Shown here: positions 18,476 to 28,560 of the stretch, piece by piece
Position numbering within the stretch: the stretch's first letter is position 1
Layout: each line of letters begins with the position of its first letter
Origin: a virus
Taxonomy: Duplodnaviria; Caudoviricetes
IMG/VR virus record: IMGVR_UViG_3300023059_000291
Coordinates: 1-44,713 of that record
Reading direction: 5' to 3' (one strand)
DNA: 44,713 bases
The notes under the pieces: generated by a model
What the model was told of the DNA's origin: nothing
Database searches by the model: none
The model's input: the letters and a program-made list of their open reading frames with translations, nothing else
Position numbers and translations under genes: made by a program

Positions 18476-19393
18476 TTACACAAGTGCTCGAACAATAGTT
18501 GGGGTTATACGAACTTGTGCAAAGTTAATGTCTAAAGTGATGATGTCATCACCTCCACCATCCGGGTGATTGGCTTCCATGACTTCCATCTGCGGGAAAT
18601 TAAGCGAGTATTTGCTTCCTTTGCTGTCTTTAATGTCGAAAGTAAGAGTGAATACATCACGGGTTTTGATTGCATCAATCCACGCTGCAGAGGTCGCTGA
18701 GAACATGAATGAAGCATTAGCTTCAATATCCATCATTTTTTCTAAGTAAAACTCTGGTGTGTACTTACCTGAACCGATACAGCGAATCGCTTCCAGATTG
18801 TTGTTAAAACTAAGCGTAAGTGACTGAAGACACGCCTTCCCTTGAATTGATTGTCCATTTACAAGCAGTTTTTCCACGTTCGGCATACTGACGAGAGGTC
18901 GAGTTGAAGCTGCAACGGGATTTACTACTGGGTTTAATTGTTGACGGGTAAATGAACTACCAACCAAACCAAAGTTACCAGTGATCTTCCCTGTGGTCTG
19001 AATGGTGATTTCACCTGTATTGACCTGAACACCACGGTAAATAAAGACCTGTCCAACATCTTCAAATACTTTAACTAAAGTTAGTGATTTACGTACGGTA
19101 CCTCCAAAACTTAGGGAATTTCCAGCCCAGTTGTTAAATGCCAATACATTTAAAAATAGATCAAATGTACCTACTGATAATTCAAACTCTAACTGACCAG
19201 CTACTTCTGCTTCAGTGACTACACCACCTTGACGAAAACGTGAATCCACCACTTCACTGCTTTCTTCAGTAGAAATATTCTCTGATAAACCATCTGTTAC
19301 ACGGCGTACCGCGTACCAGATCGGATTAGCCGGAGTTGTTCCTAATACTGCTTCTTCACAAGCATATAATCGAATTTTTGCGCCTGAACTCAT
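18476..19393 (-). CDS. Major tail tube protein
   Basis: MSSGAK..EE..GTTP N-terminus, beta-rich 305 aa, synteny. Confidence 0.88.
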   Translation of the reverse strand: MSSGAKIRLYACEEAVLGTTPANPIWYAVRRVTDGLSENISTEESSEVVDSRFRQGGVVTEAEVAGQLEFELSVGTFDLFLNVLAFNNWAGNSLSFGGTVRKSLTLVKVFEDVGQVFIYRGVQVNTGEITIQTTGKITGNFGLVGSSFTRQQLNPVVNPVAASTRPLVSMPNVEKLLVNGQSIQGKACLQSLTLSFNNNLEAIRCIGSGKYTPEFYLEKMMDIEANASFMFSATSAAWIDAIKTRDVFTLTFDIKDSKGSKYSLNFPQMEVMEANHPDGGGDDIITLDINFAQVRITPTIVRALV

Positions 19394-19488
19394 TTATGGT
19401 TCTCCAAAATTTAGGCATAAAAAAACCCGCTTCTTCTGCGGGTCGTTTTAAAAATGGGTGTAAAAAAACCCGCTAAATTAGCGGGTCC

Positions 19489-20793
19489 TTATTTAATTTC
19501 ATCTGAATTGGAGACTTCTGGAGATTCGACTCCTGCCATTGCATCTGCTACAGCTTGCGCAAGGTTGGTTGGCTGAAACTCAACTGGGGTTTCACTTAAG
19601 GGCTCTTCAGGTTCTGGCTCAGGTTCTTCATGTAAGCGGATATCGATCCAGCGAGAGAAAGGAATATCCATAGGATTTTCCAGATCAGCAACGATTGCAG
19701 CCAGTTCAATATCAAACTTACGCTTGTAGGTTTTAATGGAAATATCGCCATTCTCTAGCGTTTCATAGACAACTGCGACAACCGTGTTGCCATTCGCATC
19801 TTTTGGCACTTCGACATACCAACCTTCTTGTGCAAAACCAAGTGATCCCTTAATCAGGTAATCACCAATTCCATGCTTTTCGAAAGTAATAGGTTGTTTT
19901 TCAGCATCTGTATTTAGCTCAATATAATCACTGAAAAGTTTGACGACTGGAGACGCTGCTTTAATAAATCCTGATCCATCAACTGTGGTGTTATGTTCAC
20001 CACGTAAGGCGTACCATGGAGAATATTCCCCCTGATAACTGTGTCGTCTAAAACCAAAATAAGCAGAAGAAGTCCCGACACTGATTTGTGCAGCATGTTC
20101 AGTTGCACTGGTAATGTTTAATCCCAAAATATATTGAGCAAAAATACCCGGATAATCGCCTGCAGCAGATGCATTTGCCCCTGTGCTCTGTAACCCGATA
20201 AAACTACCTCGTGCATCTAGAGTTGATAAAGGAGTATTGCTCAATGGAAAGTTAGCAGCAAAACCATTATTTATTAATCGTTGATAATCCGCCGAACTAG
20301 CATCTACCAGACGTTTCCAAGCGGTCCATGTCGCTAAGTCAGCAGTTGAGCGATACCAGATACGACCACTTGAAGCAGAAATATAGATCTGGTTGCGGTA
20401 ATTATTGGAACCAGCAATATTTAATACCAACAATGTCCCAACAACTCCCGCTTCAGGGAAATTTAAGGCTAATGTAGCGCTAGCAAATGTATCGTTACCA
20501 TAGAACCCTACTGTAGTCATGTTGTTGAGGTCTGCACCACCAACATCAGTATTCCGAAGTGGCTTACCTAAACCAAAGTCACCAACTCTAAGCACACGCC
20601 CAACTGTATCATCTAAATATGAGGTTGTAAGTGTTCCTGCTGCTGCAGTGCCGGCACCCTGAACTTGGGAAAGTTGAGGATTCAAATTCGGAATACCAGA
20701 AGCAAAAGGCAGCATAAATTGCCGCTTACCTTCAGCCGCATTATATGGGAACGGTCGATGATCCCAGCTAAACTTAAATAATAGATTTGCCAT
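19489..20793 (-). CDS. Tail fibre-like protein with knob-type repeats
   Basis: GRVLRVGDFGLG motif, two knob-like repeats, NTTVDGSGFIKAASP and WIDIRL C-terminal fibre motifs. Confidence 0.8.
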   Translation of the reverse strand: MANLLFKFSWDHRPFPYNAAEGKRQFMLPFASGIPNLNPQLSQVQGAGTAAAGTLTTSYLDDTVGRVLRVGDFGLGKPLRNTDVGGADLNNMTTVGFYGNDTFASATLALNFPEAGVVGTLLVLNIAGSNNYRNQIYISASSGRIWYRSTADLATWTAWKRLVDASSADYQRLINNGFAANFPLSNTPLSTLDARGSFIGLQSTGANASAAGDYPGIFAQYILGLNITSATEHAAQISVGTSSAYFGFRRHSYQGEYSPWYALRGEHNTTVDGSGFIKAASPVVKLFSDYIELNTDAEKQPITFEKHGIGDYLIKGSLGFAQEGWYVEVPKDANGNTVVAVVYETLENGDISIKTYKRKFDIELAAIVADLENPMDIPFSRWIDIRLHEEPEPEPEEPLSETPVEFQPTNLAQAVADAMAGVESPEVSNSDEIK

Positions 20794-21143
20794 TATGCAG
20801 TCACCCCATCAATCACCTGGAATATCAAAGTTTCAGTGTGCTGTGTTGTCCCGCTTACCACTGCTTTAATATCCATTTGAACCAAACCTAGAGGCCACGC
20901 AGTCGTGCTTGCACCAGATTTCACACTTAACCACCCCTTTTGAGTACTCTGACTTAAAAGGGAACAGTTCAAGGTAGCTACCGCAGTACCTTCAGCAGTT
21001 TTAACTTGAGATGTAAATGTATAACCTGTCAGGTCAATTGCCCGGCGTACATCATCAGCAGGATATTGCAGAGTTTCATCCATATCGACTAGCTGCAAGT
21101 TCAAGTTAAATGTGTCACCACGCTTAAAAACAAAATTGCTCAT
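20793..21143 (-). CDS. Virion structural protein (fibre-associated, BppU-like N-terminus)
   Basis: KRGDTF and IDLTGY..SQVK pattern; ATG at 21143 preferred; coupled to fibre gene. Confidence 0.6.
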   Translation of the reverse strand: MSNFVFKRGDTFNLNLQLVDMDETLQYPADDVRRAIDLTGYTFTSQVKTAEGTAVATLNCSLLSQSTQKGWLSVKSGASTTAWPLGLVQMDIKAVVSGTTQHTETLIFQVIDGVTA

Positions 21144-21237
21144 AAGTGATTCCTGTAAAAATAAAAAAACCACCGATGAGGTGGTAGTAATAAAGACATT
21201 AAAAAACCACCCTTTGGGCGGATCTTATTTCTAAAAT

Positions 21238-21456
21238 TTAAGGCTTGTAATCGAGATCAACACTGACTCCAGTAACGATATTATGTTTTGGGCCATCTAT
21301 GCACTGAACGATTGCTAAACGGATATTCACATCAGAAACACAAAGCTTATTTTCACTTTGCCATTTGCTCAGCTCTACAGACATAACATCCTCAAGATGT
21401 CGTTCCAGTTCTTGCCGTTTAATTTCGATTTCTTCTAAAGTCAGCATACATGACAT
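21238..21456 (-). CDS. Small hypothetical protein
   Basis: 72-aa ORF, helix plus two strands, followed by terminator-like hairpins. Confidence 0.6.
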   Translation of the reverse strand: MSCMLTLEEIEIKRQELERHLEDVMSVELSKWQSENKLCVSDVNIRLAIVQCIDGPKHNIVTGVSVDLDYKP

Positions 21457-21512
21457 ATCAATTCACCTTGTTTTGTTCAAATTATTCACTAAATGCACCA
21501 CTAAACTTATCA

Positions 21513-21878
21513 TTATTGTTGTTTTGGCTCATTTTTAGCTCTCATACATTCCTCCTCCACTTGGCGTGGAAAATTCACCATAGCAAGCATGCTATTTTCA
21601 TCTTTTTCGCTTACTTCAGGAAAATCATAGACCTTATCTACCGCATCACTCACATCATCTCTATAATCGTCACCCAAAAAACTTGTAAATACTAATTTTA
21701 TTGCATCCTTACTAACATTAGCCCACTTGGCGTTAAAAGTAGAAAAAGCAACTTTACCAATGTTCTCACAATATATTCCATTAGATATTTCGGTAGGCGT
21801 AGGTGCAGTTTCTGCAATAGCAAACGCATTGCTCGATAAACATAATAATAGTGCAATAAATAGGCTCTTACTTTTCAT
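21513..21878 (-). CDS. Secreted two-Cys helical protein (moron)
   Basis: Signal peptide (AFA cleavage); Cys spacing similar to 15730-16056. Confidence 0.7.
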   Translation of the reverse strand: MKSKSLFIALLLCLSSNAFAIAETAPTPTEISNGIYCENIGKVAFSTFNAKWANVSKDAIKLVFTSFLGDDYRDDVSDAVDKVYDFPEVSEKDENSMLAMVNFPRQVEEECMRAKNEPKQQ

Positions 21879-21883
21879 GATTT

Positions 21884-22282
21884 TTAATTAACTCTAAATT
21901 GTACTGATACATTGTACTGGATAAACTCGCTATCCTTGCCTGCATTGATGGCTTGCCCCTGCAGACATTCCAGATGATCAATACTGAAATATTCGAAATG
22001 AGCCAGTAATGCATCGCTGAGCTCGGTAATCGCTTTCTCTCCAGTATGTAGTCGATCGAAGCATTGAATCATAATATTGCCTGTTCGCCGTGTACACGGT
22101 TTGTCAGCAATACCCGAGGTAAAGCTCGGACCACCTGCAATTGTTAAACGGCACCATATGCCGTCCTTTGGCACCTTAAAACCCGGAGCATTTGGATACT
22201 GAATTCTGTCTTGGGCAATTCCTGTAAAGCTTTGCATACGGCTGATAATAGCTTGCCTTGTCTGCTCTAAAGTCATTGCCAT
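21884..22282 (-). CDS. Tail terminator-like protein
   Basis: IQYPN, WCRLTI, QYNVSVQF; follows gp10-like gene; ATG at 22282 preferred. Confidence 0.75.
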   Translation of the reverse strand: MAMTLEQTRQAIISRMQSFTGIAQDRIQYPNAPGFKVPKDGIWCRLTIAGGPSFTSGIADKPCTRRTGNIMIQCFDRLHTGEKAITELSDALLAHFEYFSIDHLECLQGQAINAGKDSEFIQYNVSVQFRVN

Positions 22283-22283
22283 T

Positions 22284-22655
22284 CTAGCCACCATACTTTT
22301 GAGAAATATAAGTAAACGTAGTGCTGTAAATACCTTGCGGTGCTTGATCAGACCAGCCATTTTCTAAGCGTTCAGCATATGGCTGGTTGTTTTGTATGTA
22401 GACCAAATTGCCGAGCTTAAACTTCACAGCTTGAATAGCAGCATCCTGAACGGCGTTTGTTTCTGGTCCACGTACACCATAGTCACCAGATTCAATTGAA
22501 ACAATATGAGAAGCTCTATAAGCTCCAGTATCAACTGGACTTGAGACTACTAAAGATTGAACAGCATCCATGGTAATTTTCTTTACCTTATCCTCTGCTG
22601 TTTTAGCCACATCAAAGCTAAAATCAGTCGGCTTTTTCCCCTTCCATCCCATCAT
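22284..22655 (-). CDS. HK97 gp10-like tail completion protein
   Basis: SPVDTGAYRAS and NNQPYAERLENGWS..AP.G motifs. Confidence 0.85.
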   Translation of the reverse strand: MMGWKGKKPTDFSFDVAKTAEDKVKKITMDAVQSLVVSSPVDTGAYRASHIVSIESGDYGVRGPETNAVQDAAIQAVKFKLGNLVYIQNNQPYAERLENGWSDQAPQGIYSTTFTYISQKYGG

Positions 22656-23031
22656 TTACCTCGCTTTCTTCATACATTTTAAAAAGGTCTTGAGCGATTG
22701 CTTGAATTGAGTAAGCTTCAAATTCAGAGCTCGGCTCTTTTTCTCCCATGAGTTTTTTAACCTTCTGCCACACATGAACCGCTTCATGCAAAAGCAGTCC
22801 ATAGACTTCTATGGGCTTTCTTTCAGAAGTTTCACCAAGCTGGACAATTGCATAAGCACCATTGAAATAGTAATCAACTTGAGCGGCTGCGCCTTCTATA
22901 GATAAGAACTGATCTACGTGATTCATATCATCAAAAAGTAGGTCCATATGGATTTGATTTCGAGCCAGCGTGTAATGCACATGTTGAAATGGTGAGATGC
23001 GCCATAAAGGAACGTAATCAGTATTTATCAT
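22624..23031 (-). CDS. Hypothetical phage protein with HExxH motif
   Basis: LLLHEAVHVW and downstream EFEAY. Confidence 0.65.
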   Translation of the reverse strand: MINTDYVPLWRISPFQHVHYTLARNQIHMDLLFDDMNHVDQFLSIEGAAAQVDYYFNGAYAIVQLGETSERKPIEVYGLLLHEAVHVWQKVKKLMGEKEPSSEFEAYSIQAIAQDLFKMYEESEVNDGMEGEKAD

Positions 23032-23129
23032 CTAAACTCCTAAATTTCGCCCATAAAAAAACCCACCGAAGTGGGATTGAGAATTAAAAAATCGATCTAT
23101 TAATCAAGAGGAGGATAAGATAGCAATTA

Positions 23130-23843
23130 TCATTCTTGAAGTTGCTGCAGAATATTTTTAACTAGATTTAATTCAATTTGATTTCGAAGATTTTTATATA
23201 ATTCTAATTCTTTTACTATTTTTTCGAGAAATTGCAAGAATTCAGAATAGGTTTCAACCTCCTCATGGATATTTACAAACTCTTCCAGGGTGCTATCAAT
23301 CCACGATTTCATATCTATTAACTGGTTTGTTACAACTCCAAAATATCTAAAACTTTCAATTAATGTTTGAAATTCTTCTTGGATTAGATGCACTTGTTTA
23401 AAATAACTTAAAATTAAATTTTTATTTTTATGAAAAATTGAATGATCTAAACCTATACGTACTCTATAAGGATCCCCTTTATCTCTAGCTTCTTCAGGTA
23501 ATAAAGAATCAAGTTCTGTATAAATAAAACCTGCCTGATCAATTCCTTTAGAAAATTTTTCAAATTGATTAAAAACCTTTAATCCAAATTCATTCCGAAC
23601 TTGCTTATTATGCTGCTCTCTCCAGTCACTAAAAAGGACAAATGCAGCAACTGGTGCTAAAAAGCCAGCGGCTAGAGTTAAAGTATCTTTTAGAACTTCA
23701 TAAGCATCAGATAAATTAAATTTATGGTGAGTAATTGGGTATGAACTTTTCAGAAAGAATGAGATTACTAAAAAAATAATTATTCCAATAAAAGTCCATT
23801 CCCAGATCCTTCTTATTTTTACTTTTAAATCATTTTTAACCAT
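23130..23843 (-). CDS. Inner-membrane moron protein (two TM plus helical domain)
   Basis: Two hydrophobic segments ending AAFVLFSDWR; AT-rich insertion among neck genes. Confidence 0.75.
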   Translation of the reverse strand: MVKNDLKVKIRRIWEWTFIGIIIFLVISFFLKSSYPITHHKFNLSDAYEVLKDTLTLAAGFLAPVAAFVLFSDWREQHNKQVRNEFGLKVFNQFEKFSKGIDQAGFIYTELDSLLPEEARDKGDPYRVRIGLDHSIFHKNKNLILSYFKQVHLIQEEFQTLIESFRYFGVVTNQLIDMKSWIDSTLEEFVNIHEEVETYSEFLQFLEKIVKELELYKNLRNQIELNLVKNILQQLQE

Positions 23844-23880
23844 ATATCCTCCTATTTTAGAAGGATATTAGAGCAAGTAT

Positions 23881-24249
23881 TTAAACCTTCCTCAACTGAC
23901 ATTTCCAAATAGTAGCTGCTGGGTCTTGTTGAATGTGTTTGACACGAAATGTACCTAAGGGAGTAACCCACTCATCTTCCATTATGGGCACCATGGTCAC
24001 TTCATTTTGCAGCACGGTCGCCTTTTTATCTGTAGCCAGTACTCCAAGAGTTTGGATTTCATATTGTTTGTAAGAGCCAAAAAGAACACCACGACCAGAA
24101 TAGTTTTCCTTAATTTCAATGTAGGTTTCTGTCTTAGGATCCCAATTCGTTTTAGAAATCCGCTCACAGGTAAAGGTATGCACGGCGTCCGCTAAATCTT
24201 CATTTAATGCTTCAGCAATTTCTGCCTGAATTTCGTCACGTAAGCCCAT
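23881..24249 (-). CDS. Head closure / head-tail joining protein
   Basis: WDPKTE and QDPA..WKCQLR motifs; synteny. Confidence 0.75.
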   Translation of the reverse strand: MGLRDEIQAEIAEALNEDLADAVHTFTCERISKTNWDPKTETYIEIKENYSGRGVLFGSYKQYEIQTLGVLATDKKATVLQNEVTMVPIMEDEWVTPLGTFRVKHIQQDPAATIWKCQLRKV

Positions 24250-24629
24250 TAGATTTTCCTGACAAAAAATACTCGTTTGCTTTTGCGATATGGTTTGATC
24301 AAATCAAGAATAAACTGCTCAGTTGCCGTTAGTTTTACCGATCCGTCTTGATATTCTTTTTCCGTCTCAACCGTATCGGCCTTTACTTTCTTGCGCTTTA
24401 ATGCCTGTTCCTGACCTTGGTATAACTCCCCTTTCATAATGCCTTTAATGATCTGATAAGAGGCAGTTTTGAGGGGTTGAGGTACTGTAGCGACATCTTC
24501 ATAAGGCTTAACATTACGTGCTAATAGATAAGCCTCAGACATCTGAAGATAATCAGCTTTATCACTTTCAGATAAAGCATCAAAGCCTACTACTTGTTCA
24601 ATTGCTTCTTGTTCAGTGATAAAGCTCAT
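24249..24629 (-). CDS. Head-tail adaptor protein
   Basis: MSFIT start, KKVKA..ETEKEY, LIKPY; synteny after capsid. Confidence 0.75.
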   Translation of the reverse strand: MSFITEQEAIEQVVGFDALSESDKADYLQMSEAYLLARNVKPYEDVATVPQPLKTASYQIIKGIMKGELYQGQEQALKRKKVKADTVETEKEYQDGSVKLTATEQFILDLIKPYRKSKRVFFVRKI

Positions 24630-24632
24630 TGG

Positions 24633-25007
24633 TTATTCCTTTGGAAGTAGTGCTAACAACTCATCTTTTTTAGCACCAGATTCAAATGCAATACCCTTTT
24701 CAGTTAACACAGCTTTGAGTTCATCAACTTTAAGTCCAGCATAATTAATTAGTTGTACCTGATCATCACCAGCGTTTTGATTACCTTCAGGGTTTTGGTT
24801 GTTTTGAGCTTGCTGATTGTCACCATCTGGTGTTTGTTTTCTTTCACCCAATTCAAGCTCGGCAATACGTGCTTTCATGGCTTCAGGGTTATTCTGGAAA
24901 GCAATAAATTCACCTTTTAAAGTTGCCAGTTGCTCTTCAAGCTCATTAATTCTGTCTTGTGTCATTTGTTGTCTTTCCCGTGCACGGTTAAATGATGAAA
25001 GGCCCAT
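24633..25007 (-). CDS. Phage protein with C-terminal HeH/LEM domain
   Basis: LKVDELKAVLTEKGIAF..AKKDELLALL. Confidence 0.75.
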   Translation of the reverse strand: MGLSSFNRARERQQMTQDRINELEEQLATLKGEFIAFQNNPEAMKARIAELELGERKQTPDGDNQQAQNNQNPEGNQNAGDDQVQLINYAGLKVDELKAVLTEKGIAFESGAKKDELLALLPKE

Positions 25008-25050
25008 CTGAGGATCTCCAAAAAATAAGGCGGTGTTACCCGCCTTTTAG

Positions 25051-26001
25051 TTATTTGATCTTGTGCTTGAATGCCACAATACGAATTTGTTTAGGATCGT
25101 ATACACGTTCCCAGTTAGTTCCTGTTGCAAGCCCAGAGTTTTTAGGTGCAATACCAGTTACTCCCGCCCATTTGATACCACGTGGATGAAGCACAAAGTG
25201 ACGGCGGTTAATTAGAATGTCTGTACCAGCAAGGCTGTCGCGGTCCGTTTCTACGCCGACCGGTGCACCAATATCTTGGAAACCAACTGCACCTTGCCCG
25301 AAGAGGAATGAAGTGAATACATCACCATCCACTGGCATGCCATCATCAACAATTACACGGCGATCCATAAAGGTTTTGTAAAGTAAAACGCCATCAGCAT
25401 CACGAACGGTTTCAATCAAACCCTGCTTAGATAAAGCTGACATAGTGAATGAATGCATTGAAATCGCCGTTAATTTATCGACCGCATCGCCAAGCTTATA
25501 TGACGCATCGACAAAAGAATGACCATCAATAACCGCTGCGGCCCCTACGCCAGCTGAAATATCATGTACGTTACTTGCCATACTTGCAGCACCAAAAACA
25601 CCTTTAAGGGTATTCACGGTAAAGCCCTGAAACTCACGCGCCCAATAATCTGCTACCAGATCACCAACCGCGCCGAGTGGATCGTCGCCAGATAAGGCCT
25701 TAGCTAGATCATTAGCCCCCCAAGCTTTACCACGAGCATGAAGAATTGCTAAATCTTGACCCGATGTGATGTTATTTACAGTTAAAGGATTTTGATCAGT
25801 GAGAACTTCAGATTCACCACTTAAGTCATCCCAGAAAGGAATATTTACTGTAGTACCACCTTTGGTTCCAAAAGCTACATCTACATCCAGATCCCCAACA
25901 ATGCCTGATTGCCATAGTGCAGACTTTTCGGCAGTTTTATTTAAAACGTACGGAGTAAATAACTCAGGTACGATTACATCAGCAATTTTTGTCTCAGCCA
26001 T
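25051..26001 (-). CDS. Major capsid protein
   Basis: TKIADVIVPELF, IPFWDDL, LHPRGIKW, NWERVY motifs; follows scaffold. Confidence 0.92.
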   Translation of the reverse strand: MAETKIADVIVPELFTPYVLNKTAEKSALWQSGIVGDLDVDVAFGTKGGTTVNIPFWDDLSGESEVLTDQNPLTVNNITSGQDLAILHARGKAWGANDLAKALSGDDPLGAVGDLVADYWAREFQGFTVNTLKGVFGAASMASNVHDISAGVGAAAVIDGHSFVDASYKLGDAVDKLTAISMHSFTMSALSKQGLIETVRDADGVLLYKTFMDRRVIVDDGMPVDGDVFTSFLFGQGAVGFQDIGAPVGVETDRDSLAGTDILINRRHFVLHPRGIKWAGVTGIAPKNSGLATGTNWERVYDPKQIRIVAFKHKIK

Positions 26002-26014
26002 TAGGCTTTACTCC

Positions 26015-26812
26015 TTAAAGTTTAATACCGTGTTTCGCAGCTAACTCTTTAGCTAGTTGCGGATTTTCATTTCGTAATTGCGCCAATTTGGTCATGTTTA
26101 CCGTGCCATCTGCTTTTAAGATGTCGGGCTGACCTTTTGAATTGTTACTACCTGGTGCACCCATGCCATTTGGTTTAGGCCAGAAGTACGACTTTTGCTC
26201 GCGCAGAGATTCAACCCACTCTTTTGGCGACAAAGCTGTCTGTCCATCTTTACCAATGATCACTTCGCCGTTTTCATCAACAGCAACTGCTTTGCCGTTT
26301 TCATCTAATGCAAATTTTGTTTTAGCTAAAAACGCAATGTCACCTGTTGCTTCAGGTAATGCTTCAAGCTCTACAGCTGCTTGAACAATTTGCCCCTGAA
26401 TTACCGATTCCTTAAACTTATTTGCATAAGCTTCAGCTTTGTCAGCACGGTCTTTTTCGGCTTTAAGTACCTTTTCATGTTCTTCACGCATCTTCTCAGT
26501 ACGCTTCTGAATCACTTCGGTAATCTTGCCTTCAGCGATTAACTTTGCCTCTTCATCTTGATCAAGTTGAGCAAAGACTCTTTTGACAATTTCAGGGTCA
26601 ATTCCTTCGAACTGATTTTGAAGTTCCTGAAGTTTTCGTTTTGCATCCTTAGCAGCATCGCGCTCGCTTTGAAGTGCAGATTTAAGTCCTTTAGGATCTT
26701 CGTAACCGTCCAAGTCAAGGCGAAACTTCCCGTTTTCCTCAACATATAAAGCACGATGCTCTTCTTTGATGGTATCAAGTGAATCAACAATAAATGGCAA
26801 TGACATTTTCAA
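26015..26812 (-). CDS. Capsid scaffolding protein
   Basis: Highly charged coiled coil, LYVEENGKFRLD, upstream of capsid. Confidence 0.85.
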   Translation of the reverse strand: MKMSLPFIVDSLDTIKEEHRALYVEENGKFRLDLDGYEDPKGLKSALQSERDAAKDAKRKLQELQNQFEGIDPEIVKRVFAQLDQDEEAKLIAEGKITEVIQKRTEKMREEHEKVLKAEKDRADKAEAYANKFKESVIQGQIVQAAVELEALPEATGDIAFLAKTKFALDENGKAVAVDENGEVIIGKDGQTALSPKEWVESLREQKSYFWPKPNGMGAPGSNNSKGQPDILKADGTVNMTKLAQLRNENPQLAKELAAKHGIKL

Positions 26813-26906
26813 ACCTCTCGTTTGATTAAGTTAAGCCTTATCTCAAGGCAATAAAAAAGCCCTATGCGTAATAGGGCTCTGTGATATTTAAAAATTAAAA
26901 TTCTTC

Positions 26907-27440
26907 TTATTTAAATTGTCTAACCGGTCTGGAAAATAAATGCTTTTTCATGCCTACAATTCCTGTAGTGATGACAATACATAAGAAACCATTCCATAGA
27001 AATAAAGGTAAACTTGGCCTATAACCATCAACTAATAAATGTAGGATTGTAAAAGCTATAAGAATACCAGCTGTTAACCTAAAAAGAGCTACAGAAGTAT
27101 CTAAAAGACCATCTGAAACCCCCTTTATCATCTCCTTATTTTTTAGAGAAAATAAATGAAAAAAAACATATAAGACAAGACCAATGATTATACAAATTGA
27201 TATTGTAAATAGATTCGCTCTATCGAATAAATCTCCTAAGGATAAAACTATTTTTTCTACACCCTTAACTCCATTCATCAAATAAGCTATGCTCATAGAT
27301 ATTAAGTTAATAATAAAAACAATCCAAAATTCAGTATAAAAAATTACTTTTAACTTATTAAATCCGTCTTCTTTTAATGAATCACTCACTAATCTTATCT
27401 CTACTAATTCAGAAGATATAAATATAGAGTTCTTATCCAT
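26907..27440 (-). CDS. Four-TM membrane moron protein
   Basis: Four hydrophobic segments, AT-rich, inserted between head genes. Confidence 0.7.
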   Translation of the reverse strand: MDKNSIFISSELVEIRLVSDSLKEDGFNKLKVIFYTEFWIVFIINLISMSIAYLMNGVKGVEKIVLSLGDLFDRANLFTISICIIIGLVLYVFFHLFSLKNKEMIKGVSDGLLDTSVALFRLTAGILIAFTILHLLVDGYRPSLPLFLWNGFLCIVITTGIVGMKKHLFSRPVRQFK

Positions 27441-27444
27441 TAAT

Positions 27445-28551
27445 TCAAGATTCCTTACTTTTTAATAATTTATTATCAAACACCTCCAACTCATTCAAAG
27501 TGTATGTTCTACCCTCAGGATCAAAGAACTTATCAAAATCAAACTTTCCTTCTTTGTATAGATTAAAACGCTTTGGACCTAACCATTCCTTCTGAAAGAA
27601 ATCATCTGTTTTCTTAAAGAACTCTTTGAAAGTCGTGTTTGCATCCAATTGCCCGATTAATTGGCTTCGCTCGGCCTTAGGGATGTCTTTCACTGGCCGC
27701 TCATCCATGACAAACGGACGTTCTCCTACCAGAAGACCATCCTTATCTACAGCAACCAGAATACTGCGGCAGTTTCGATGTAATGGCGGTACTCGTTTGG
27801 CCGGATCATCAATCCTCCATACTGTGCCATCTAATGATGCACAAAGCTTAGTAGTCCTACCATCAAGAACACTGACAAATCGCACATACTCAAAACCAAG
27901 CTGCTTGAAGGTATCTAAGTACGTTTGATTTGCTACATGATTGCGTAACGTTCTTACAGTCTGATCAATGTCTGACTTAGTACTGGTTAATAACCCATCC
28001 TCATAATTGAGGCGCTTGGTACCGCGAATACGTTGAACGATTTCCTGATTCGTTTTACCCGAGCTAATGCCATCACGAATAGCGTACTCAACTTTTAGCC
28101 GGGCACTTTCAGCAATCTTAGATAAAAGGTCATCAACCAGGGCTCCACCCACCAAGGGAACTTTTTTAGCTGCTGAATAAAGCTTTTGGCCATTCGGCTT
28201 TTTAGTCTTGCCGCCGTATAGCTTAACTGTGTAATTTGCCTCATATACAGCCATTGCAGTTGCTGAAACGGCGAATACTTCAGGCAATGCAGTATTTATT
28301 GCCACAAACCATAGAGAAATAAGATCACGAATCTCTTTGAGGTTTGTCGTTGTGTACTGGCCACCAGCAAGCGCTAATTTTTCCGAATCATTTAACTCAT
28401 CTAACAAATCCCTAAGCTTTGTCAGCATTAATGCTGACTCATCGTTAAAGACTGTTAATAATTCATTAACTGATTGAGAAGAGGCTCTATATAAATACGC
28501 CTGGTGTTGAGTGAGAACTTCAATCAGTGATTTTTCAATATCTGAAGCCAT
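27445..28551 (-). CDS. Head morphogenesis / minor capsid protein (SPP1 gp7-like)
   Basis: LDGRTT..CASLDG and PPLHRNCRS motifs. Confidence 0.9.
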   Translation of the reverse strand: MASDIEKSLIEVLTQHQAYLYRASSQSVNELLTVFNDESALMLTKLRDLLDELNDSEKLALAGGQYTTTNLKEIRDLISLWFVAINTALPEVFAVSATAMAVYEANYTVKLYGGKTKKPNGQKLYSAAKKVPLVGGALVDDLLSKIAESARLKVEYAIRDGISSGKTNQEIVQRIRGTKRLNYEDGLLTSTKSDIDQTVRTLRNHVANQTYLDTFKQLGFEYVRFVSVLDGRTTKLCASLDGTVWRIDDPAKRVPPLHRNCRSILVAVDKDGLLVGERPFVMDERPVKDIPKAERSQLIGQLDANTTFKEFFKKTDDFFQKEWLGPKRFNLYKEGKFDFDKFFDPEGRTYTLNELEVFDNKLLKSKES

Positions 28552-28560
28552 TTAACACCT

